A stretch of DNA of 38,518 nt from an uncultured Thermoprotei archaeon (GTDB lineage: Archaea; Thermoproteota; Thermoprotei; Thermofilales; B15-G2), in assembly GCA_965367815.1 (NCBI GenBank), contig CBDUKN010000023.1, forward strand, positions 1 to 38,518. The letters run 5' to 3'. The translations under genes were made by a program, and so were the position numbers. Shown in pieces: positions 1 through 7,285 of the stretch; the stretch's first letter is position 1, and the number at the start of each line of letters is the position of its first letter. Below the pieces are notes generated by a model. It saw only the letters and a program-made list of their open reading frames with translations. It made no database searches and was not told the DNA's origin.

Positions 1-3
1 TTT

Positions 4-69
4 CAAGCAGAAGACGGCATACGAGATGTAGAGAGGTCTCGTGGGCTCGGAGATGTGTATAAGAGACAG
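4..69 (+). other. Illumina Nextera P7 adapter + i7 index + Tn5 mosaic end (sequencing artefact)
   Basis: CAAGCAGAAGACGGCATACGAGAT (4-27), index GTAGAGAG (28-35, as in N707), GTCTCGTGGGCTCGG (36-50), AGATGTGTATAAGAGACAG (51-69). Confidence 0.99.
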
Positions 70-114
70 AACTTACATTTATTTTCGAGATTTTTAAGTT
101 GAACTTGCGTACTA

Positions 115-144
115 AAGTAATACTTAAATATTTTGGTATTACTT
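115..144 (+). promoter_or_regulatory. Inverted-repeat operator flanking the TATA box of the AbrB-VapC operon
   Basis: AAGTAATAC (115-123) and GTATTACTT (136-144) are perfect reverse complements and bracket TTAAATA (124-130), upstream of ATG 165. Confidence 0.7.
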
Positions 145-164
145 CTGATGATAGGTAGTACCGA

Positions 165-395
165 ATGCAGAGAGAAGTTATTGTAACTAGAAAGGGTCAG
201 ATAACCATTCCCGTAGAGCTTAGAAGAAAATATGACATTAAGGAAGGTAGCTTAATATTGGTAGAGGATACAAGTGAAGGAATTCTTTTGAAACCTATTC
301 CAAGATTTGAGGATCTTGCGGGAGTTGATAAAGGTAAATATGATGTTAAGGAGCTTAAAGAAATGCTTGATAAGGTGCGTGAAGAGTGGCGCTAG
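165..395 (+). CDS. vapB: AbrB/MazE/SpoVT-family antitoxin
   Basis: VTRKGQITIPVELRRKYDIKEG swapped-hairpin motif; overlaps a downstream PIN gene. Confidence 0.92.
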   Translation: MQREVIVTRKGQITIPVELRRKYDIKEGSLILVEDTSEGILLKPIPRFEDLAGVDKGKYDVKELKEMLDKVREEWR

Positions 396-802
396 ATGCT
401 ATACTAGATACAAGGTTTTATTTTTCATACTACAATCCGGAGGACGAGAACGTTGCTAAATGGACTAAAAGAATAGTTCAACTAGCTTCAAGAGGTGCTA
501 TTAGGCTTGGATCTTCTATAGTAACTATTACTGAGCTCTATAGGAGCATGGGAAAACTTATTGGAGTTAAGACTGTTGAAATGCGTATTAAGTCTGCTAG
601 AGCATTTAATATAATTTTCATACCTGTTACAGAGGAAGTAGCTAAGAAAGCTGGCTTAATAAGTCTAAAGGCGCGCGTACCTATAGCTGATGCAATAATA
701 GCAGCTACTGCCTTAATTTATGCTAAAGGAATTGTTATAACAGATGATGAACATTTTGAGTTGATAAAAGGTGTAAAGCTGAAATGGTTAACTGAAATCT
801 AA
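386..802 (+). CDS. vapC: PIN-domain VapC toxin (ribonuclease)
   Basis: ILDT, TITEL, IADAIIAATA, ITDDEHF acidic PIN motifs; coupled to the antitoxin. Confidence 0.92.
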   Translation: MALDAILDTRFYFSYYNPEDENVAKWTKRIVQLASRGAIRLGSSIVTITELYRSMGKLIGVKTVEMRIKSARAFNIIFIPVTEEVAKKAGLISLKARVPIADAIIAATALIYAKGIVITDDEHFELIKGVKLKWLTEI

Positions 803-879
803 GATTCATTATTATAGTAAATATTATTGTTCTGAGTGTTTGTAAAATATAATTGGTAAAAATATTTAAGTAAAATATT

Positions 880-1476
880 TTATGATATGCTTTCTAGTTC
901 TTCCGTTTGCGACGGTACTATGCCGGGTATTAGTGCTAGGGCTGCTATTGCTCTTATTGTCATACAGCCTCTAGGAGTTAAAACATACTTGCCTCTTTCT
1001 GGGCTTTCAATGTATCCTGCTAGCATTAATTCTTTTAAGTGATGATAAAGTGGTCCACCTTCTAGTCCTGTTTCTTTTGATAGTTCTGAAGCTGTCTTAG
1101 GGCCTTTAAGCAGTGATAAAAGTATTTTTACGCGGTTTTCGTTAGCGAGAGAACTTAGTATTCTAACTATTCTACTTGCTGATACTTTATATACGCTTTC
1201 TAAATCTACTCCTGAAAAGAAACTATCCACTATCTTTCCTTTTCTTTTCTCGAAGCCTCCTACGAAAACTATGCCTATGTCTGGTTTATCTGCTAGTCCT
1301 TTTTCAAGTACTTTAAATATTTCTTGAACAATTTTGTTGCGGCTTGGTGCCTTTATTTCTTCGACTTCTATTTCAACTCTTTCTCTAGATTCTATTTTGC
1401 TTTTTATTTTCTTGACTTCTTCTGCTAGTTCTTCAACTATTTTTCTGAGTTCTTTTACTTCTTCTTCTAGGCTCAT
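880..1476 (-). CDS. ArsR-family winged-helix regulator with N-terminal coiled coil
   Basis: LANENRVKILLSL-GPKTASELSKETGLEGGPLYHHLKELMLAGYI-RGKYVLT; heptad-like N-terminus. Confidence 0.85.
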   Translation of the reverse strand: MSLEEEVKELRKIVEELAEEVKKIKSKIESRERVEIEVEEIKAPSRNKIVQEIFKVLEKGLADKPDIGIVFVGGFEKRKGKIVDSFFSGVDLESVYKVSASRIVRILSSLANENRVKILLSLLKGPKTASELSKETGLEGGPLYHHLKELMLAGYIESPERGKYVLTPRGCMTIRAIAALALIPGIVPSQTEELESIS

Positions 1477-1493
1477 AGTATCAAAGTATATAG

Positions 1494-1531
1494 TTTTATA
1501 GAAATATATAAGTTTTTCTATTTCTATAGAA
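1494..1531 (-). promoter_or_regulatory. BRE/TATA promoter of the ArsR gene flanked by two TTCTATAGAA-like palindromes
   Basis: Minus strand AAAAACTTATATA about 30 nt before ATG 1476; TTTTATAGAAA (1494-1504) and TTCTATAGAA (1522-1531) on either side. Confidence 0.55.
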
Positions 1532-1582
1532 TTATGTAGTAAGATGGTTTTTTGGCTCTGTAGAAGGAGGGATTTGAGTATC

Positions 1583-2599
1583 TTATGCTGAGTTGTTTTC
1601 TTTTAGTTTTTTGCAGGTTTTTATGAATGTTTTTACTTTAATTATGTTTTCTTTAGTGCACATTAGTGGCTCTACTACTGTGTAGAGTTCTCTGGCTCCT
1701 TCTTCATATGACTTGTAGACCCATTTTTCTATGTCGCTTGGAGTCATGTATGGGTACTGGAAGCCTGGTAGTCTCCATGAGAACGGTATTTTAATTGTAC
1801 TCGATATTATTTTAGGAGTTAGCTTAGGTGAAATTGATGGATCGTAGTGGCTTATGCGTGTTTTCTCAAGGTATTTTAGGTGCTGAGGATAGAGTCCTTC
1901 TACGTGTACGTGTCTTTTGCCTTTAGTGAGGTTGCTGAAGTACTTGTTCCAATAGGGTAGAACGAATGTATCCCATAGTCTTGGAGGAATGTATGCTGCG
2001 CAGTCGTCGCATAGTCCTGTGGAATCGGGATTTACTTCAGGTTCTCCCATTAGACGTCTGAGGAAATACACGTACTCTATTATGCTGTCTGTTAAGAGGT
2101 CTAGGAATTTTTCTGCTTTGCGTGGTGTGCGGTAGAGGTCTGCTAGGAAAGCTTTTCCTCTGAGCATTACTGCTGAGGTTACTGGGCCTTCCCAGCCGAA
2201 GCCGTAGATACTGACTTTTTCTCCAGGAAACTCTTTTTTCAAATACTTGTATATTTTATAGAAATGTTTGAATAGCTTAGATTCACTGAAATCTACTTTA
2301 CGCTGTAATGCCTCTATTCCTTTATCTATACTAGAGAACAGCGGCTTTACACAGGGAGCAGAGTTTTCTGGGAAATCTATGTGTGCGCCTAAGCAGGCTA
2401 AGTGCCCATAAGATAGGTGAGGAACACTTATGTCTGGAAGCCTTATGTCTTTTCCGAAGATTTCTACTAGCTTTCTTCTACCGTCCTTAAATGCCTTAGC
2501 GCAGGCCTTGGGATTGAAGTAAAAGTCTCTCATTTTTACTCCAGCTAAGTATACGAGTGCCTCATGACCGCAGCCTACCCACCACTTAAGCTTACTCAC
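1583..2599 (-). CDS. Uroporphyrinogen decarboxylase / MtaA-CmuA methyltransferase family protein
   Basis: EGPVTSAVMLRG..FLADLY..P, LCDDCAAYIPP..WDTFVLPY and HVHVEG motifs of the URO-D-like barrel. Confidence 0.8.
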   Translation of the reverse strand: MSKLKWWVGCGHEALVYLAGVKMRDFYFNPKACAKAFKDGRRKLVEIFGKDIRLPDISVPHLSYGHLACLGAHIDFPENSAPCVKPLFSSIDKGIEALQRKVDFSESKLFKHFYKIYKYLKKEFPGEKVSIYGFGWEGPVTSAVMLRGKAFLADLYRTPRKAEKFLDLLTDSIIEYVYFLRRLMGEPEVNPDSTGLCDDCAAYIPPRLWDTFVLPYWNKYFSNLTKGKRHVHVEGLYPQHLKYLEKTRISHYDPSISPKLTPKIISSTIKIPFSWRLPGFQYPYMTPSDIEKWVYKSYEEGARELYTVVEPLMCTKENIIKVKTFIKTCKKLKENNSA

Positions 2600-2621
2600 G
2601 GTTAGCTAGTTTCAAAAAACT

Positions 2622-3230
2622 TTATTTTAATTCTGGTTCTCTACAGTATTCTCTAAGGGGACATATTCGACACTTTTTCTTTTTGCAGTACTCTAAGTAA
2701 ATTCTAACTAATTTCGATTCATATTTCTTTACTTCAGCTAACCCTATTCTACGCGCCACTTCAAGTGCCTTAGGTGAGGGCTCTGGATCGGCTTTACTCC
2801 ATATGCCTCTTAGTTCTCTTAGGAAAATATTGACTGCTACTGGTCCTACTCCTTTGAACTCCATTAGTTTTTTCTCGAGGTCTCGTGGATCGGAGGCTTT
2901 TTCATGTACTTTGTCGATGTCGCCTCCATATTCTTTGACGAGTTTTTCGGCTATTTGAAGGAGGTTAGTTGCTGTAGAGAAGTCGTATCTTACGTAGCCT
3001 CCGGAGTCAAGTACTTCTACTAACCTATTCCATCCAGCTTCAAGGATTTTCTGGGGGGTTGTTAAGTTTGCTTCAATGAATTTCATGAAGGTTCTTTTAG
3101 CTATATTAGCTGAGATTCTTCTAGCGAAGAGTATTGAGGCCAAGAACCACTTGAAGCGGTCTTCTTTAAGCCTTAAGTCTAGTCCTAGTTCCTGTGAGTA
3201 AGAGGGTATCTTAGACAGTATTTCTTCCAC
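2622..3230 (-). CDS. HhH-GPD (endonuclease III-like) DNA glycosylase family protein with C-terminal Cys cluster
   Basis: FKWFLASIL, HhH LMEFKGVGP, C-terminal CKKKKCRICPLREYC. Confidence 0.82.
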   Translation of the reverse strand: MEEILSKIPSYSQELGLDLRLKEDRFKWFLASILFARRISANIAKRTFMKFIEANLTTPQKILEAGWNRLVEVLDSGGYVRYDFSTATNLLQIAEKLVKEYGGDIDKVHEKASDPRDLEKKLMEFKGVGPVAVNIFLRELRGIWSKADPEPSPKALEVARRIGLAEVKKYESKLVRIYLEYCKKKKCRICPLREYCREPELK

Positions 3231-3551
3231 AGATATTACTGTCTTCTATTTCTATTAAATAATTGGCTGGACAGCTGAAAGCACTTAGGATTAAACTAGT
3301 AGACTTTACTCTATTTAAGTTTAAGTAGGTATTTAGTTTGAAACTACAGTCTTCACGTCGCTACTAGTAGGCCTAAATATATAGCTAACGGTTTTCTTTA
3401 TGGGTAGCTTTATTGGAAATGCTGCTTCAAAGAAAATAGAGTCTAAAATGATGGCTGGTGCCATAGTTCAGGTCTGTTTCACGGTGTTTTCTACTATAGT
3501 GATATCTTTTTTCTGAAGGAAACTATAGTAAATATGGTTTAACTAGATGCT

Positions 3552-4733
3552 TCATAGGTCTAGTAGGAAGAGTGGTAGTTTTTCTTCGTCTATTACTGTT
3601 ACTCCTCTTGGGTATCTGCGGTGTGGTTTTCCTGCTTTTACTTCTATTTTTAGGTTTCCGGCTATGCAGTCTATTTCGTAACTGTTTCTCCAGTAGTATA
3701 TTTCGCTGTATTTTCGGTATAAGTGTTCTTGGACTATCTATTCGTATAGGTAGTCTTTTCTTGTGTCTACTCCGAGTATCATGGAGAGTGTTTTAGCTAG
3801 GTAAGGGTCTCTTAGGAATATTTTCTTTTCTGAAGCTTATTTTATTGCCTTGTTTCCAGTAGGCTATTCCTACTATGAATAGGTCTTCCATTAGCTCTAG
3901 GTATTCTCTGACAGTGTTATGTGATATTCCTATTTCTTGTGCTATTGTGTGGTAGCCTATAGGGCTTGAGCTTTTTCTAGTATGGAGTGGAGTATCATTC
4001 GGAATATTTTAGGGCTTTTCCCTGTTTTAGCTATGTCTCTTTCTATGCTGAATATTAGGTCTTTGAAGAATTCAGGGTCTTCGTTAATGCTTCTAGGGAA
4101 TCCTCCTGTATTAAGGTATTTTTCGAAGAGTGTTTTTACTTTAATGTAGTTAGATTTTAGGGGTTTTTCTTCATGTACTTGAACGTATTCTCCGAAGCTT
4201 AGTGGGAGTACTTCTATAGTAGTGCCGTATCCTTTTCTGCCAGGGAATGCTTCAGCGAACTTTCTTAGTCTAAATGAAGCTGAGCCTAGTACTATGAGTA
4301 CATCGTTTCCGAATATGCCGAGATCTATGTATCCTTTGATTATTTTCCACCAGTATTCTACTCCTGTTACTTCATCTAGTATTATGTAGGATGTCTTTAT
4401 TTTATTTGAATACTTTATTTTTAAATAGAAGTTTATTATTTTCTTTAATTCTTTAGAACTTGATATAAAGTCATAGTTGTAGTAAAATACTGCTTTAGGG
4501 ACTGTTTGTGAGAGGAGTTTCTTTACTAATATTTTTACTCCAGTAGTCTTACCTACTTGTCTAGATCCTGTAATGAAGTTTAGGGAGAAGGGCTTTAAAC
4601 TAATATCTTTAATCCAAAGAGGACTCCACTTTATTTTCGCTTTCCTCAGTTTTCTAAGATCACTGTCTTTATCTTCCTAGTTTCTTCACTCCCACCAGGG
4701 GTTCAGCATGTAGATAATGTCTTCTACAGCTAG
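3552..4733 (-). pseudogene. AAA_14-type ATPase with C-terminal DUF4143/PD-(D/E)XK domain, pseudogene
   Basis: Manual translation: MLNPWWE*RN*EDK...ITGSRQVGKTT (Walker A)...IILDEV (Walker B)...LGSAS...YLNTGGFP...YE*IVQEHL..EIDCI..KIEVK; several stops and frameshifts. Confidence 0.88.
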
Positions 4734-4756
4734 GTCTAGGGAAAGAGATATTTAAG

Positions 4757-4780
4757 TATTTGTCACTTAACTGACAAATA
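4757..4780. promoter_or_regulatory. 24-bp near-perfect palindrome beside the TATA box of the ATPase pseudogene
   Basis: TATTTGTCA-CTTAAC-TGACAAATA, with (T)ATTTAA elements on both sides. Confidence 0.6.
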
Positions 4781-4811
4781 TTATTTAAATATTTGATAGA
4801 GAAAAATTAAA

Positions 4812-4871
4812 TTACTTAAGGGGAGGTAACGGCGGGGCATTCTTTCGCTTTTTCAGTAGTAAGTAGGTTGC
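4812..4871 (-). pseudogene. Remnant of a TM-basic-proline C-terminal tail (paralogue of the 7286-10456 tail)
   Basis: Translates ATYLLLKKRKNAPPLPPLK*; DNA 4840-4872 aligns with ~7332-7364. Confidence 0.6.
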
Positions 4872-5046
4872 TTAAGTCTCCCTATATTATTTTGTAAAAT
4901 TATAGGCTAGTGTTTTTGCTGGTAATTTAACTTAATATAATTATAATTTTACTTATAACTATTTACTCGAATAGACCTGAGGGTATGTGCTTAATGTTTT
5001 ATTTATTTAAATTGTTTTAAAAATACATAGCATAATGGATATTTTG

Positions 5047-6423
5047 CTATATTCTCAAAAACTTATTTAAATTCTTTTCATGTAATTCTATTATCTTATT
5101 TAAGGGAGTTTCTTTAATTAAATGATATGCGGCTTTAGTTCCAAATAACCACTCGTCTAGGAATTTGCTTATGTGGTATCCGCATACCTTTACTGCGGTT
5201 CTCTTAAAGTCTTTAAGAGTAGCTGGAGTATTCTTATGTCTAATTATGAATTCTCTGACGAGTTTTTTAAAGCAATAATCTCCCACTATTTTATGTAGTA
5301 CATAGAGTGTCCATGTGCCTACTATGTAAGAAGCGTCCGTGACGAGGTATTTGCCGTATTCAGCTACTGGTATTTTGAGAAGTATGGGCTTTTTAGATGC
5401 TAGTTCAAGAAATCTCTGTCTCAACGAGCTTATTTTTCTCCGAAATATTTCATCGCCTAGAAACTCTTTTTCTGCTAACAGCTGGAAATAGGAGGCGAAT
5501 CCTTCGTCGAGAAACCTTGACGGCACTTCTTCCCCCGAGGGTACATTCCATAAGTGCGCTAGCTCGTGGTAGACTCCGCCTACGCTACCTGGATCCGTGA
5601 AAGATTCTCTAGCGACCAGCATTCCACACATATCTGCTTGACCACCATAGCCTTCTGGGAGCTCTATTATTGTGAATCCACACCACTGAGGCGGAGGACC
5701 GAAGTTCGCTTCATAGAACTGTAGGCACCTCTCTACTTCTCTGAGTATTCTTTTCGCGTGCTCAAAGTCTTCTTCTAGCGCAAATATAGTAATATCCCTT
5801 TTTCTAGAACTCTCTACCTTAAACCTGGAGACAGCAATATCTATTCTCCAGCTAGGTTTTTTGCTCACATATCTGTAGAGAACTCTATTGTTTTCCTCTA
5901 ATACGCCTACTAATTTCCCCGTATTAGCGACGATAAGTCCTTTAGGGACTTCTATCTCTAAATTATAGCTGAAGCGCTGAGATGGAATCGTAGATATCTG
6001 TTTTCGTAGCTCTAGTTCTCCTAAAACAGGGTAAGAGTATGCGTCGAGCCTGAGAATTGTATAGTCGTTGCTTATTTTGTCTTTTACATATCGGAAAACA
6101 TTGTCGTAGCCCTTGATGGTCCCTTGGTACATTATAGTAATCTGAGCGCTAGAGCCCGGAGCTATTGGAGACTTTAGTTTTACTTCAATATAGTTGACTT
6201 TAACTTCTCTAATGTCGGTAAAGTGGCGCAGACTCTGAACAAAGTTCAGCGATTTTCTGTCTACCTCTATGCTAGTTACCTTCAAACCCTTATTCAGTAG
6301 AAAGTTTATACAGCTGACCGGTTTAGAGCTAGTGTTCCTTAACTTCACTGTACACTTAGCTTTCATTACTCCTCTGTCGGTAAGAACATCTGCATGTAAA
6401 TTGTACTGTAGGGGCGTAAGCAA
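5047..6423 (-). CDS. M1-family (gluzincin) zinc aminopeptidase, no signal peptide
   Basis: YHELAHLW followed by FLDEGFASY; N-terminal beta domain (FLLNKGLKVTSI, YNLEIEVP); GGQAD in place of GxMEN. Confidence 0.88.
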   Translation of the reverse strand: MLTPLQYNLHADVLTDRGVMKAKCTVKLRNTSSKPVSCINFLLNKGLKVTSIEVDRKSLNFVQSLRHFTDIREVKVNYIEVKLKSPIAPGSSAQITIMYQGTIKGYDNVFRYVKDKISNDYTILRLDAYSYPVLGELELRKQISTIPSQRFSYNLEIEVPKGLIVANTGKLVGVLEENNRVLYRYVSKKPSWRIDIAVSRFKVESSRKRDITIFALEEDFEHAKRILREVERCLQFYEANFGPPPQWCGFTIIELPEGYGGQADMCGMLVARESFTDPGSVGGVYHELAHLWNVPSGEEVPSRFLDEGFASYFQLLAEKEFLGDEIFRRKISSLRQRFLELASKKPILLKIPVAEYGKYLVTDASYIVGTWTLYVLHKIVGDYCFKKLVREFIIRHKNTPATLKDFKRTAVKVCGYHISKFLDEWLFGTKAAYHLIKETPLNKIIELHEKNLNKFLRI

Positions 6424-6596
6424 AAGACCACCTTGCTCTAATTGACAACTAAACTAATATTAAATTAACTACGAATCTAAGCTGTTTTGGTTAAGTATTA
6501 AATACTTTACTCAGCGAGAAAAGTTGAGTAAAAATGAATGTTAAGGGCTTTAAAGAGAGAAAAATCAATGTGAGTCCTAGTAAGAGTGAAGAAGAC

Positions 6597-7010
6597 TTAA
6601 ATCAAGAAACCTTTACTAAAGGGTATTTCTCTGCTTTTAGTTAGGTAGCTTAATACTTGTACGCGTCCTTTTGAGAACTTTTTCCTTAAGGAGTCTATAG
6701 GCTTTTTAAGAGAATATGATCTTTGCTTTGAAAACTACTCTTTCTTCAAGAGCATCAATTATTGTCGGATTATTTTTCAACAGCTTTAGTGCTTCTTCAA
6801 GAGTATATGGGTGAGGTTCTGTAGGTAACTTAATGTCTTTAAGTAGCTTTAGTATGTTGTCTATTCGATCTAAATATTTTTCTGAAAATCAGTTATTATC
6901 AGTAAACCGTAGTCGTTCCAAGGACCTCGCTCTCTTCTAGCTCTGAATTCAAATAGTACTACGGCATGTAGTCTATATTTTTCTGCAGCCCTTTCACTAC
7001 TTTTTCGAGA
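6597..7010 (-). pseudogene. Minimal nucleotidyltransferase (MNT) pseudogene
   Basis: Manual translation: EKVVKGLQKKYRLHAVVLFEFRARRERGPWNDYGLLII..(frameshift)..EKYLDRIDNILKLL..PTEPHPYTLEEAL..NPTIIDALEE; decayed LFGSRARG..SDYD motif. Confidence 0.72.
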
Positions 7011-7224
7011 AGTCTTTTTATCAAAATTTTTACTCCAGTAGTTTTTCCTACTTTGTCTAGATTCTACAATAAAGTTTAATGAGAGTGGCTTTAGGCTAAT
7101 GTTGTTAATTCAGTGCGGCTCTCACTTAATTTCATTTTTCCAGTTTTAGAATCGTTGTCTTTAGTTTTTCAGTTTTCTGTTCTCACTAAGGATATAGCGT
7201 GTAAAGCAAGTTTTCTGCAATCAA
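7010..7224 (-). pseudogene. Second, more decayed 5' fragment of the AAA_14 ATPase
   Basis: TTG..LLYTLYP**E..K*EPH*INNISLKPLSLNFIVESRQ/VGKTTGVKILIK aligns almost codon by codon with ~4510-4733. Confidence 0.82.
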
Positions 7225-7285
7225 GTCTAGAGGCTAGGTATTTAAATCTTTGTCTGTAAAAAATCAAGCTATTTGGGTGGTTTAG

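Noticed and set aside
3340-3516. Possible remnant of a small membrane protein (FTSLLVGLNI*LTVFFMGSFIG...)
   Set aside because: Too short and decayed to assign to a family by eye
3572-3796. 74-aa hydrophobic + strand ORF
   Set aside because: Antisense shadow of the ATPase pseudogene C-terminus
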